From Hyphomicrobiales bacterium (GTDB lineage: Bacteria; Pseudomonadota; Alphaproteobacteria; Rhizobiales; Aestuariivirgaceae), in the NCBI GenBank assembly GCA_031418535.1, contig JANOXS010000081.1:107-64106 (forward strand): a stretch of 64,000 nucleotides of DNA. Reading direction: 5' to 3'. The position numbers were made by a program, and so were the translations under genes. Below are positions 1 to 9,306 of this stretch, in pieces. Under the pieces are notes generated by a model that was not told where the DNA came from, did not search any database, and worked only from the letters and a program-made list of their open reading frames with translations. Numbering within the stretch: position 1 is the first letter of the stretch; the number at the start of each line of letters is the position of its first letter.

Positions 1-388
1 CTTTGCATCCCGCATTGACCACAACATAAAGCCACTCCTCATAACCCGGATAGGCCGCACGGGTGATCATCAAATCATCAATGATTCCGCCTGTTTCGTT
101 TAACAGTTGCGAATAGCGTTGTTGCTTGGGCTCCAGTCCTGCAATATCGGCTGGCACTAATTTTTCTAGAGCAGCAGCCGAAGTTGCAAAACTTTCGCTC
201 ATAATAAAACATTGGCCCATATGCGACACGTCAAACAGGCCCGCGTGTTGCCGCGTCCAATTATGCTCAGCCATTACGCCACTGGGATATTGCACAGGCA
301 TCTCATAGCCAGCGAATGGCACAAGTTTAGCGCCGAGGGCTTTGTGGGCTTCATATAAAGGTGTGCGTTGAAGGGTCTCATCACTCAT
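1..388 (-). CDS. gcvT: Aminomethyltransferase (glycine cleavage system T protein), N-terminal part; gene continues past the left window edge
   Basis: Absent from the ORF track because it is truncated. Manual minus-strand translation from ATG (388-386) gives MSDETLQRTPLYEAHKALGAKLVPFAGYEMPVQYPSGVMAEHNWTRQHAGLFDVSHMGQ..., a canonical GcvT N-terminus. An AGGAG Shine-Dalgarno lies just upstream and a glycine riboswitch precedes it. Confidence 0.9.
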   Translation of the reverse strand, partial: MSDETLQRTPLYEAHKALGAKLVPFAGYEMPVQYPSGVMAEHNWTRQHAGLFDVSHMGQCFIMSESFATSAAALEKLVPADIAGLEPKQQRYSQLLNETGGIIDDLMITRAAYPGYEEWLYVVVNAGCK

Positions 389-444
389 CAATGGTCTCCT
401 GACGATAGGTTGCAAAATCCAACACATGTTGAACTTGCCCCTCT

Positions 445-625
445 GTCAGGTACCTGAGAGTTTTCACCTTTGGGTCACTCCGACACCCGCAAGCTTTCTC
501 CTTCGGTGAGTGGTTTTGCCACTGCTCTCCAGATTTTGTGTCCACACCAGCGGTCCTTTTGCCTGAGAGTTTCCGGGGCGGTTGCTCCTTCGGCGCTGAA
601 CCAAAAGTTCAGTCTCTCCCGCATG
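445..625 (-). promoter_or_regulatory. Tandem glycine riboswitch (two aptamers) in the gcvT leader
   Basis: The reverse complement of 553-620 reads GGGAGAGAC..GCGCCGAAGGAGCAACCGCCCCGGAAACTCTCAGGCAAAAGGAC. The reverse complement of 449-532 reads CTGGAGAGCAGTGGCAAAACCACTCACCGAAGGAGAAAGC...AAACTCTCAGGTACC. Both carry the conserved GGAGAG / CCGAAGGAG / CTCAGG cores of glycine aptamers. Confidence 0.9.
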
Positions 626-726
626 GGGTGGTCGAATATAGTCGCAAGGTTAGGCTAAGTGGTCGCAAAGTCAAGTTGCTGTCGCAACTTCTTGACAAGT
701 TTGTGGTGACACTTCATTCCTGCCCC

Positions 727-1677
727 ATGTCCAAACCACAGCTCAAAATCCTTTTAACTGCCCCACGCGGTTTTTGCGCGGGCGTTGTGCGCGCCATTGA
801 TATTGTCGAACGCGCGCTTGAAATTTATGGCGCACCCGTCTACGTGCGCCACGAAATTGTCCATAATAAATTTGTGGTCGATGACCTGAAAGCCAAGGGC
901 GCAATATTTGTTGATGAGTTGGATGAAATTCCAGCAGGCGATCATCCAGTGATTTTCTCGGCACACGGCGTGCCAAAGTCTGTGCCTGCTGAAGCCCAAC
1001 GCCGCACCATGTTTCAAATTGATGCCACATGTCCATTGGTGACGAAGGTTCACATGGAAGCTCAGCGTCACCATGACCAAGGCCTAGAGATTATTTTGAT
1101 CGGCCATAAAAATCATCCTGAAGTAATTGGCACCATGGGCCAACTTCCAGATGGTGCCATCACGTTGATTGAAACCACCGACGATGCTGAACATGTGGCG
1201 GTGCGCGATTCAAACAAACTAGCATTCGTAACCCAAACGACGCTTTCAGTTGACGACACGCGCGATGTTATTGCAGTTTTGCAAAAGCGTTTCCCCGCCA
1301 TCAAAGGCCCCCTCAAAGAAGACATTTGTTATGCAACAACCAACCGCCAAGATGCTGTGAAGTTGATTGCCGAAAAAATTGAGCTGCTCATCGTGGTGGG
1401 CGCCCCCAATTCCTCAAATTCAAAACGCCTCGTAGAAGTGGGCGAAAAAAATGGCTGCCCGCGCGGACTTCTCGTGCAACGGGCCACGGATTTGGATTGG
1501 GAAACCTTGCAAGATTTAAAAACCATTGGCCTTTCGGCTGGGGCATCAGCACCAGAAATTTTAGTCAATGAAATCATTGATGCCTTCAAACAGCACTATG
1601 AAGTGACGGTCGAAAAAGTTGTACTGCGCGAAGAAAATGTGTCGTTCAAATTGCCGCGTGAACTTCGGCAAGCATGA
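727..1677 (+). CDS. ispH: 4-hydroxy-3-methylbut-2-enyl diphosphate reductase (IspH/LytB)
   Basis: [51 protein letters not shown]... is a typical IspH. The track ORF starts at 538, but that extension overlaps the riboswitch, so ATG 727 is preferred. Confidence 0.93.
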   Translation: MSKPQLKILLTAPRGFCAGVVRAIDIVERALEIYGAPVYVRHEIVHNKFVVDDLKAKGAIFVDELDEIPAGDHPVIFSAHGVPKSVPAEAQRRTMFQIDATCPLVTKVHMEAQRHHDQGLEIILIGHKNHPEVIGTMGQLPDGAITLIETTDDAEHVAVRDSNKLAFVTQTTLSVDDTRDVIAVLQKRFPAIKGPLKEDICYATTNRQDAVKLIAEKIELLIVVGAPNSSNSKRLVEVGEKNGCPRGLLVQRATDLDWETLQDLKTIGLSAGASAPEILVNEIIDAFKQHYEVTVEKVVLREENVSFKLPRELRQA

Positions 1678-2144
1678 AGAAGAACCCCGTTATCATCCAC
1701 ACGGATGGCGCGTGTTCCGGCAATCCCGGTCCCGGCGGCTGGGGTGTTGTGATGGATTGGAACGGAACGCGGAGAGAACTTTGCGGCGGTGAACAACTGA
1801 CCACTAACAACCGCATGGAACTGGTGGCCGCCACTGAAGGACTTAAAGCACTGAAGAGATCATGCGTGGTCGAAATGCATGTGGATTCAGTTTATGTGAA
1901 AGACGGGATTGGCAAATGGATTCACGGCTGGAAGAAAAACGGCTGGAAAACTGCGGATAAAAAACCGGTCAAAAATGTCGAACTCTGGCAGGCCTTAGAT
2001 GAAGCCATTCAGCGCCATGAAATATCGTGGCACTGGGTAAAAGGCCATGCTGGCCAGCCCGATAATGAACGCGCTGATGAATTAGCAAGACAAGGCATGG
2101 CACCGTTTAAACCGGCACCCATTGCACTTGATCAATCCGCGTAG
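1674..2144 (+). CDS. rnhA: Ribonuclease HI
   Basis: [17 protein letters not shown]...TNNRMEL...[17 protein letters not shown] motifs. ATGA overlap with the ispH stop. Confidence 0.95.
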   Translation: MKKNPVIIHTDGACSGNPGPGGWGVVMDWNGTRRELCGGEQLTTNNRMELVAATEGLKALKRSCVVEMHVDSVYVKDGIGKWIHGWKKNGWKTADKKPVKNVELWQALDEAIQRHEISWHWVKGHAGQPDNERADELARQGMAPFKPAPIALDQSA

Positions 2145-3111
2145 CGCCAGTCGCCAGCATAATGACACGGTCTAATCCCAACGCCACACCGGAAGCTTCC
2201 GGCATGACCGCCAGTGCCGCCAATAAATCCTCGTCAATTGGATAACGCTCACCATATAGCTTCTGTTTAATTGCCATCTCGGCTTCAAAGCGGCGGCGCT
2301 GTTCGGCGGCATCGGTGAGCTCGCCAAAACCATTACACAGCTCAACTCCGCAAGCATAAAGTTCAAAGCGCTCCGCCACGCGGGCATCATGGCTGCAAGT
2401 GCGGGCGAGGGCCGCTTCAACAGAAGGATATTCAAAAAGCACTGTCATGCGACCATTGCCCAAATTGGGTTCCACTTTTTCAACCAGAATACGGCTGAAA
2501 ATATCAGACCAACTTTCATCGTCTTGAAACGCCACTGGCGAGGCGGCTGCCAGCGCATCACGATTATTCAGTGTACTGAGTAAATCAACGCCTGCATACT
2601 TTAAGAACGCATCTTGCACGCACAACCATTCAGCGTCTAAAAGTGGATCACAGTCTCGGCCCCGCCACGAAAAAATGCCCATTGCCGCAAGCCGTACCAA
2701 TGCCAAAGTGTCTTCCACAATTATTGTGTAATCTTCTCCAGCACGATACCATTCCAACATGGTAAATTCCGGAGCATGGGTCAGCGTGCGTTCACGGTTA
2801 CGAAACACATGGCCCAAATTGAAAATGCGCTTCTCGCCAGCCGCCAATAATTTCTTGCAGGAAAATTCTGGCGACGTGTGCAAATAGCGTGGGACCCCTA
2901 CGCCATCATTGCCAATCAATGTGGTTTGAAAGGCATGCAGATGCGCTTCATTTCCGGGGGAAACCTGCAAGGCCGGGCAATCCACTTCCAAAAAATCTCG
3001 TTCTTCAAACCATTTTCGAATGTCTGAAATAATGCGGTTTCGCGCCAGCAAAAACGGACGGCGATCTGCATGACGCGAAGGTGTAAACCAGTGTGAATCA
3101 GGATTTGGCAA
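2107..3111 (-). CDS. epmA: EF-P lysine-lysyltransferase (PoxA/GenX, truncated class II LysRS paralog)
   Basis: 334-aa LysRS-catalytic-core-like sequence ([22 protein letters not shown]...) divergent from efp. Its 3' end overlaps the rnhA 3' end by 38 nt. Confidence 0.85.
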   Translation of the reverse strand: MPNPDSHWFTPSRHADRRPFLLARNRIISDIRKWFEERDFLEVDCPALQVSPGNEAHLHAFQTTLIGNDGVGVPRYLHTSPEFSCKKLLAAGEKRIFNLGHVFRNRERTLTHAPEFTMLEWYRAGEDYTIIVEDTLALVRLAAMGIFSWRGRDCDPLLDAEWLCVQDAFLKYAGVDLLSTLNNRDALAAASPVAFQDDESWSDIFSRILVEKVEPNLGNGRMTVLFEYPSVEAALARTCSHDARVAERFELYACGVELCNGFGELTDAAEQRRRFEAEMAIKQKLYGERYPIDEDLLAALAVMPEASGVALGLDRVIMLATGATRIDQVQWVPV

Positions 3112-3190
3112 AGGGGTTGGCTTTCGTGGGTTTCACTGCTAATAGCCGCGCCAACATCAATTCGCAAAATTTAAAAAAGAGAGAATATCC

Positions 3191-3763
3191 GTGGTCAAAG
3201 TTATCGCCAGCGGCGTGCGTAAAGGCAACGTCATCGAACATGAAGACGGCAAACTTTATATCGTGTTGAAAGCCGAATCCATGCATCCGGGCAAAGGCAC
3301 GCCAACCACCACGATTGACATGCGCCGCATTTCTGATGGTGTGAAAACTGTGGTGCGTTACAAAACCACAGATGCCATGGAGCGTGCCTTCGTTGAAACA
3401 ATCATGCACACATTTCTGTATCAAGATGGCGACAGCTACATTTTTATGAATCCAGAAAGCTTCGAACAAGTGCCGCTCACAGGCGACATGGTGGGTGACT
3501 ACGTACCCTACCTGCAAGAAGGCATGGAATGCCAAATTGCCATGTTCAATGACGGTCCAATATCGATTGAAATTCCGCCACGTATTACGCTTGAGATTAC
3601 AGAAACTGAACCTGCAATTAAAAACCAAACAGCATCATCATCGTTCAAGCCAGCGATGCTCAACAATGGTGTGCGAACATTAGTGCCGCCGCACATTAAC
3701 GTGGGCACGCGCATTGTGGTTGACACCAATGATGGGTCCTACGTGGAACGCGCTAAAGATTAG
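3191..3763 (+). CDS. efp: Translation elongation factor P
   Basis: GTG start. The 190-aa sequence has the conserved modification loop ...SMHPGKGTP... Confidence 0.95.
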   Translation: MVKVIASGVRKGNVIEHEDGKLYIVLKAESMHPGKGTPTTTIDMRRISDGVKTVVRYKTTDAMERAFVETIMHTFLYQDGDSYIFMNPESFEQVPLTGDMVGDYVPYLQEGMECQIAMFNDGPISIEIPPRITLEITETEPAIKNQTASSSFKPAMLNNGVRTLVPPHINVGTRIVVDTNDGSYVERAKD

Positions 3764-3767
3764 AGAG

Positions 3768-3794
3768 TTTTGACTTTTCATGGAAAAGTCAAAA
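3768..3794. terminator. AT-rich hairpin between convergent efp and the NicO-like gene (possible bidirectional terminator)
   Basis: TTTTGACTTTTC (3768-3779) pairs with GAAAAGTCAAAA (3783-3794) around a 3-nt loop. Confidence 0.5.
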
Positions 3795-3799
3795 TCGCC

Positions 3800-4852
3800 C
3801 TAGAGCATTCCAGCGCTGCGGCCAAGTGAGCCTAAGAACATGATGGCTCCCATAAACGCGATTGCAACGCCGCCCACCACTCGCAAAAGCGAAACAGCAA
3901 ACGTAAGTTTTTTGCTGTCTCCATTTGTAAAGAGTAAAGCAAAATCTTTGCCATAGACCGTGATTGTTGCAATCACGGCCACGGTTAGAAATACGCCAAA
4001 ACCCATTGCCAAAGTGGCAGCAATTCCGGCCCAATAAAGCCCGAGAGCTTTGGCCGACAATAACATTAAAATCGCACCCGTGCAGGGTCGAAGCCCAACA
4101 GCAAATGACAGGGACAAAGCCTTTGTTAAACTCCAATCATCACCGCGAACCGCTTGTGGTGTTGGCGCGTGCGCATGGCCACAATTTTCATTGTGCACAT
4201 GGCCTGTATCAAAATGCGGATTCACAATTTCGTATTTAAAATCATGTGTTGGTTTGGGCCGGCGCAACCAGCCACGAGACGCTAGCCAAATCATATAAAA
4301 ACCGAGCAGCGAAATCATGGCATAGCTGGCGGATTCCAAATAAGCCGTCACATCGCGTACAACTGCGCCCACACTCGCAACCAGCAAAAACAAAACACTT
4401 ACAATTATGATTGCCGTTAACGCCTGAAACAACGAGCTCATAAACGCGACCAGCAACCCTCGCTTTAAATCATTTTCAGTTGCCAAAAGCCAAGATGAAA
4501 TAACCACCTTGCCATGTCCGGGGCCTGCCGCATGGAACACACCGTAGCCAAACCCCAGCAGCAGCAAGCTCCACGCCGCAGCAAAAGACGATGTCCCTCG
4601 CAACAGCCGCAAGCTTGCATTCATGGAACCATAAAAACTTTGTTGTTTATCCCGCGCCCAAAGCACCGGGTCTTCCCAAAACGATGTCATGATAATGTTG
4701 CCCGTAGCATCACGCGGCGGCACCAAGAGTTGACGTTTGCTGATCACCACTTTTGGGGCCGTGATTGTGGGAGTCTGGGCGTTGGATACGGTTGGTTGGC
4801 CCGCAACGAGCAGCACTATAAGCATCACAAGAGTGCGAATTATTGAGCGCAT
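3800..4852 (-). CDS. NicO/RcnA-family (COG2215-like) metal-ion membrane transporter with a His-rich loop
   Basis: Polytopic membrane protein with an HAAGPGHGK motif and the His-rich loop HDFKYEIVNPHFDTGHVHNENCGHAHAP. Overlaps the upstream DUF1007 gene by 13 nt. Confidence 0.75.
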   Translation of the reverse strand: MRSIIRTLVMLIVLLVAGQPTVSNAQTPTITAPKVVISKRQLLVPPRDATGNIIMTSFWEDPVLWARDKQQSFYGSMNASLRLLRGTSSFAAAWSLLLLGFGYGVFHAAGPGHGKVVISSWLLATENDLKRGLLVAFMSSLFQALTAIIIVSVLFLLVASVGAVVRDVTAYLESASYAMISLLGFYMIWLASRGWLRRPKPTHDFKYEIVNPHFDTGHVHNENCGHAHAPTPQAVRGDDWSLTKALSLSFAVGLRPCTGAILMLLSAKALGLYWAGIAATLAMGFGVFLTVAVIATITVYGKDFALLFTNGDSKKLTFAVSLLRVVGGVAIAFMGAIMFLGSLGRSAGML

Positions 4853-5499
4853 GAAACCACTAAGGCTTGGGCAAACAGCGATCCAAAATCTTCACCATTT
4901 TCAGGCTTCCATTCTTTGTCTTTGCTGGAAAGCATGGCCAATGTTGCATTTAACTCGGCATCAGTTGGAACGGGTTTCAAATCTAGTTTACAGTTTGCCG
5001 GAAGTTGGCCTTCACTGTCGGCTGGCAATTCTTTGGCATAGTCAAATGCAATATAAAATTCAGGGTCGTAAACTTTCACTTTAAACTCTCCACTGCGCGG
5101 ATCGAATGGCTGCTTTAATGGCACAGTGAAATGCAATTGCAATTTATTGCCGTTATATGTTTGGCCAGCATTGATAGGGGCAGTTGATTCCAGAATTTTG
5201 TCATTGCCCCTCATCACATTGAAATAACCATAGTCTTTGAGTGAATCCATATTTTCGGCGGTCAGCGGCTTCAATTCTTCTTGGCTGTATTCGCCATTGC
5301 CATCGGTATCCATACCGATGAGAGCTTCTTGTGCGTAAGCATCATCAAAACTCCATTCAACATTTATGCCTTCAATTAGTCCTGCGCTATTAAGTTTTAC
5401 ATCTGTCCGCATTTCCACCCACACATGCGGATGTGCGATAGCCATGCTTGGTAACAGCGCTATTAAACATGGCAGTAATTTCAGACTGTGGCGCATCAC
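4840..5499 (-). CDS. DUF1007-family periplasmic protein (COG3683-like), partner of the NicO-like permease
   Basis: Signal peptide, then a mature N-terminus HPHVW typical of DUF1007. Contains an EF-hand-like loop, DTDGNGEYSQEE. Confidence 0.75.
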   Translation of the reverse strand: MMRHSLKLLPCLIALLPSMAIAHPHVWVEMRTDVKLNSAGLIEGINVEWSFDDAYAQEALIGMDTDGNGEYSQEELKPLTAENMDSLKDYGYFNVMRGNDKILESTAPINAGQTYNGNKLQLHFTVPLKQPFDPRSGEFKVKVYDPEFYIAFDYAKELPADSEGQLPANCKLDLKPVPTDAELNATLAMLSSKDKEWKPENGEDFGSLFAQALVVSCAQ

Positions 5500-5557
5500 A
5501 AACCCTTCGCGAATCTTAGGGTTGGATAATGCGCCTATGTGGCAAAAGAGTGAAGTC

Positions 5558-6475
5558 TCAGTTCCCTAAACAATCGGTTAGGTTTTTGCTGATGGTGCGC
5601 AGCAGTTCCCCATATGCCAGTGGGCCTGGGCTGAGTGTGGCACCAATCGGATCAAGCACACCAAGCTTTGCAGAATTGCCTTCCGTGACTGTCAGCACCG
5701 CAGCATCGGAAAATTGTGGCTCTTTAAAAACACAAACAGCCTTGCTGCTTTTAATTTTGTTGCGAATATCTTCCAACCGTTGCGCTGAAGGTGGTGTTGC
5801 TGAGTAGTCGGAAATGCTTCCGACAGCTTGCAGATCAAACGCTTTTTCAAAATATTGATAAGCATCGTGGAACACGATGAAGGGCTTAGCTTTGAGAGGA
5901 GCGAGGGTTAAGCTTAATTCCTTCTCCAGCTGATCAATTGCCGCAATTTGCTGTGTGGCATTGGCATCATATTGAGTTGCATGAACAGGATCAGCAGCAT
6001 CAAGCGCTGCCGCAATAGCTTTGGTCATGGCTTTGGCATTTTCCGGGTCCAGCCAAATATGCGGGTCGGAATTATTTCCAGCGGCGGGCTCGTCCGAATC
6101 CACCTCCCAATTTCCACCTTTGCGAATGCGGTGGGTGATGATGTCGGGCGCCAGGTCCAGCTTCATAAATTCTTTGCCATTCACTGTTTCAGTACCACTG
6201 ATTTCGCCCAACTTCACTTCCAAATTATCACCGATAATAAAAACCACATCAGCATGGGCCAGATCAGAAATTTGTTGAGGCGAATAGCTGCCTTGATGTT
6301 CAGAGTTCACACCTTTTAGCAGAAGTTCCGGCGTGCCCACACCAGTCATCACCCCTGCAACCAAGCTGTGAACGGGCACAATAGACGTGACAACTTTGGG
6401 TGCGGCTGAAGCAGAAAGACTTATTATCGTTAGAAAAGTAGTGGAAACTAAAAATCTAATCATCGCAGGCTCCAA
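5558..6475 (-). CDS. znuA: Zinc ABC transporter substrate-binding protein (cluster 9 SBP, ZnuA-like)
   Basis: 305 aa with a signal peptide, the ...DPHIWLDPENA... motif and an acidic/His loop. A Zur-box palindrome lies immediately upstream. Confidence 0.85.
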   Translation of the reverse strand: MEPAMIRFLVSTTFLTIISLSASAAPKVVTSIVPVHSLVAGVMTGVGTPELLLKGVNSEHQGSYSPQQISDLAHADVVFIIGDNLEVKLGEISGTETVNGKEFMKLDLAPDIITHRIRKGGNWEVDSDEPAAGNNSDPHIWLDPENAKAMTKAIAAALDAADPVHATQYDANATQQIAAIDQLEKELSLTLAPLKAKPFIVFHDAYQYFEKAFDLQAVGSISDYSATPPSAQRLEDIRNKIKSSKAVCVFKEPQFSDAAVLTVTEGNSAKLGVLDPIGATLSPGPLAYGELLRTISKNLTDCLGN

Positions 6476-6483
6476 TTGATGTA

Positions 6484-6500
6484 ATGTTATAATATAACAT
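6484..6500. promoter_or_regulatory. Zur box (perfect 17-bp palindrome ATGTTATAATATAACAT)
   Basis: 8-bp arms ATGTTATA/TATAACAT around a central A, 9 nt upstream of the znuA start. Matches the proteobacterial Zur operator core GTTATAATATAAC. Confidence 0.8.
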
Positions 6501-6525
6501 AACTGTCAAAAGGCAACACCAATTT

Positions 6526-7107
6526 TCAACCGTGCCCCGCTTCCGGCGACAACATCCGGTAATCGACGCCAAGCTTGCGCAATGTTTTTTCGTAGAGTTG
6601 GTCAGGCGGACACCCAAAAACCAATTCAGGATCAGCATCACAATTTAACCAACCATTGCGAGCGATTTCACTTTCAAGCTGTCCGCCGATCCACCCTGCA
6701 TAACCCAACGCAATAAGGTGACGAGTTGGCCCTTTGCCCACAGCAATTTCGCGCAACACCTCAACATTTGCAGTCAGTCCGAAATCTTTCGAGATAGCCA
6801 ACGATTCGTTTGGCGAAAAATAGTCGACACTGTGCAACACAAAACCCTGATATCGTTTAACCGGGCCCCCTTTGAATACCGTCCTCAGTAAAATATCGTC
6901 GTTTATTGTTTTACCCTTGCTTCTCACATCCAGTTTTTCAACCAGATCCGCAAAAATCATATCGGTCAAAGGTTTGTTGATCACTAAACCCATGGCACCA
7001 TCAACGTTGTGTTCGCACAAAAACACCACAGAGCGATTGAAGTCATCGCCTTGAATCGTCGGCATGGCCATCAGCAACTGGCCCTTCAGGGAATTAAATT
7101 TCGCCAT
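6526..7107 (-). CDS. YqgE/AlgH-family protein (UPF0301)
   Basis: LKGQLLMAMPTIQGDDFNRSVVFLCEHNVDGAMGLVINKPL is the family signature. Confidence 0.88.
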   Translation of the reverse strand: MAKFNSLKGQLLMAMPTIQGDDFNRSVVFLCEHNVDGAMGLVINKPLTDMIFADLVEKLDVRSKGKTINDDILLRTVFKGGPVKRYQGFVLHSVDYFSPNESLAISKDFGLTANVEVLREIAVGKGPTRHLIALGYAGWIGGQLESEIARNGWLNCDADPELVFGCPPDQLYEKTLRKLGVDYRMLSPEAGHG

Positions 7108-7184
7108 GGTTTTAAATTAGGTCTCAATTTCTGTTAACGTGAAGGTGACTGGCAGTTGTTGGTGACCTCATCTAGGAACGAGCA

Positions 7185-7928
7185 ATGGATCGTAGATTTT
7201 TTTTAACACTTGTCTCAAGTGCTGCTTTTAGCAGCAAAGCATTCGCAGCCCAAGCTTGGAGTGCAAAATTCGTCGTGGGCGGCTTTGATGGCACGGCTTA
7301 TCAAGCGGGTTTGCATATTAAACTTGATGCAGGCTGGAAAACCTATTGGCGAAACCCCGGTGAAGCAGGGATTCCACCGAATATTGCAGCCACAGCTGAA
7401 AACCTCGAAACACTTAAAATAGACTACCCGCTGCCACAGCGAATTATCGACGGAAGTGGTGAAGCCATTGGCTTTCACAATGAAGTTCTGTTTCCGCTTT
7501 ATCTTAAACCAAAAGATGCGGCAAAACCAATTGACGCAAAAATGTCGGCATTTTTTGGCGTCTGCCAGCAAATTTGCTCGCCGGCAAAATTAGACAGTGA
7601 AATTAAATTCACGCCATCAAGCCAAGCCGCTGATTTATCGTTGATCCAAAAGTGGCAAGCAGAAGTGCCGAAGGCGGGAATAATTTCTAACAGTCTGAAA
7701 GTGGAAGATGGCCATTTGGTTTTGACATTGACTGATACATTTGAAGATCTTTTTGTAGAAGGCTCAGACCTCTATTATTTTGGTAAGCCAGATTTCAGCC
7801 TTGAAGCTGGCAAAGCGTGGATCAAAGTGGCGGGCCTCAAATCGGCCACCGATCTGAAGGGCGTGGATTTGCGTATTACGTCGGCAAAAGGCGGGGTGGG
7901 ACTTGAACAACATATGATGGTCGCCTAA
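7185..7928 (+). CDS. DsbD N-terminal-domain-like thiol:disulfide interchange protein (periplasmic, Tat-type signal)
   Basis: RRFFL signal, the YWRNPGEAGIPP motif and the Cys pair FGVCQQICSP. Confidence 0.75.
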   Translation: MDRRFFLTLVSSAAFSSKAFAAQAWSAKFVVGGFDGTAYQAGLHIKLDAGWKTYWRNPGEAGIPPNIAATAENLETLKIDYPLPQRIIDGSGEAIGFHNEVLFPLYLKPKDAAKPIDAKMSAFFGVCQQICSPAKLDSEIKFTPSSQAADLSLIQKWQAEVPKAGIISNSLKVEDGHLVLTLTDTFEDLFVEGSDLYYFGKPDFSLEAGKAWIKVAGLKSATDLKGVDLRITSAKGGVGLEQHMMVA

Positions 7929-7957
7929 ATCCGCTGCGCAAAGCAAAGGACAAATAG

Positions 7958-8440
7958 ATGACCATAAAAATCGGTGAAAAACTTCCGAGTGTTGAATTCA
8001 ATGTGATGACTTCTGACGGCCAACAAAAACTTTCAACCGATGTGGTGTTTGCAGGTCGCAAAGTTGTTTTATTCGGAGTGCCCGGAGCCTTTACACCGAC
8101 TTGCTCTATGAACCATTTGCCGGGATTTCTAACCCATTTTGATGTCCTCAAAGCCAAAGGCGTTGATACCATTGCCTGCACGTCTGTAAATGATGTGCAT
8201 GTGATGCACGCTTGGGGTCAGCATTCTGGTGCTGAAGGTAAAATTATGATGCTGGCCGATGGCAATGGCACATTTGCCAAAATGTGCGGCCTTGAAAAAG
8301 ATTTGAACGTGGCAGGCATGGGCGTGCGGTCCAGCCGCTATTCCATGATCGTTGACGACGGCATCGTCACTGCACTCAACGTCGAAGATAAATCAGGCGT
8401 GAATGTCTCAGGCGCAGAAACAATTTTGGCGCAACTTTAA
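7958..8440 (+). CDS. Peroxiredoxin (Prx5 subfamily)
   Basis: VVLFGVPGAFTPTCS peroxidatic-Cys motif; 160 aa. Confidence 0.9.
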   Translation: MTIKIGEKLPSVEFNVMTSDGQQKLSTDVVFAGRKVVLFGVPGAFTPTCSMNHLPGFLTHFDVLKAKGVDTIACTSVNDVHVMHAWGQHSGAEGKIMMLADGNGTFAKMCGLEKDLNVAGMGVRSSRYSMIVDDGIVTALNVEDKSGVNVSGAETILAQL

Positions 8441-8442
8441 TA

Positions 8443-9306
8443 CTATTCTGCAGGCAAGCGTTTCGCAATTATCGCGCGGAACGGACTGGCGGGATAGGTG
8501 CCCAGAATTTTCATATGTGATGTAAAAAATGCTAGTTCTTCTAGGGCCAGTTTGACCGAACGATCATTGGGGTGGCCTTCAATATCAGCATAAAACTGCG
8601 TGGCATTGAACTGACCTTCAATTTGGTAAGACTCAAGTTTGGTCATGTTCACACCATTGGTGGCAAAGCCGCCCATGGCCTTATAAAGTGCAGCTGGCAC
8701 ATTTCGCACCCGGAACACAAAGCTAGTCATCACCGGGCCAGATTTTGCAGCGGCGTTCTTTTTAGTTTTAGAAAGAATAATAAACCGGGTGGTGTTGTGG
8801 TCTTCATCCTCAATATCTTTGAGTAAAATATCAAGACCATAAATTTTTGCAGCCAAAGCAGAGGATATTGCCGCGCGGGTTTTATCAGGATGTTCGGAAA
8901 GCTCGCGCGCAGCGCCCGCTGTATCAACGGCAACGACAGCAGACCACTTATGTTTGCGCAAAACTTTGCGGCATTGCCCCAGCGCATGAACATGACTGTG
9001 AACGGATTTCAAATCGCCAAGCTTTGTGCCGCGCCCCACCACAAGCTGGTGGTGGATCGGCAAGAAGTGTTCGCCAATAATATTTAAGTTTGCTGCTGGC
9101 AAAAGATGATGAATATCAGCCACCCGCCCTGCGACAGAATTATCAATCGGGATCATGGCGAGTTTTGCTGTCCCCTCTGACACAGCCTGAAACGCATCTT
9201 CAAACGTGCGGCAAGGCAGGGGTTCATAGGCGGGGCACGCTTCCAAGCAGGCAATGTGCGAATTGGCGCCAAGTTCGCCCTGAAAAGAAATTTTATGTTT
9301 GGTCAT
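8443..9306 (-). CDS. pheA: Prephenate dehydratase
   Basis: ISFQGELGANSHIA..., followed by a C-terminal ACT-like region; 287 aa. Confidence 0.9.
   Translation of the reverse strand: MTKHKISFQGELGANSHIACLEACPAYEPLPCRTFEDAFQAVSEGTAKLAMIPIDNSVAGRVADIHHLLPAANLNIIGEHFLPIHHQLVVGRGTKLGDLKSVHSHVHALGQCRKVLRKHKWSAVVAVDTAGAARELSEHPDKTRAAISSALAAKIYGLDILLKDIEDEDHNTTRFIILSKTKKNAAAKSGPVMTSFVFRVRNVPAALYKAMGGFATNGVNMTKLESYQIEGQFNATQFYADIEGHPNDRSVKLALEELAFFTSHMKILGTYPASPFRAIIAKRLPAE

Noticed and set aside
126-308. 60-aa plus-strand ORF
   Set aside because: It is antisense to the clearly recognisable gcvT coding sequence and has a low-complexity translation.
538-726. N-terminal 63-codon extension of the ispH ORF in the track
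   Set aside because: The extension has no IspH-like sequence and lies on top of the minus-strand glycine riboswitch. The conserved IspH N-terminus begins at ATG 727.
3098-3628. 176-aa minus-strand ORF
   Set aside because: It is antisense to efp, and the His/Phe/Cys-rich translation is typical of a shadow frame.
6456-6641. 61-aa minus-strand ORF covering the Zur box
   Set aside because: It overlaps the znuA start, the operator and the 3' end of the AlgH-family gene, with an implausible Cys/Leu-rich translation.
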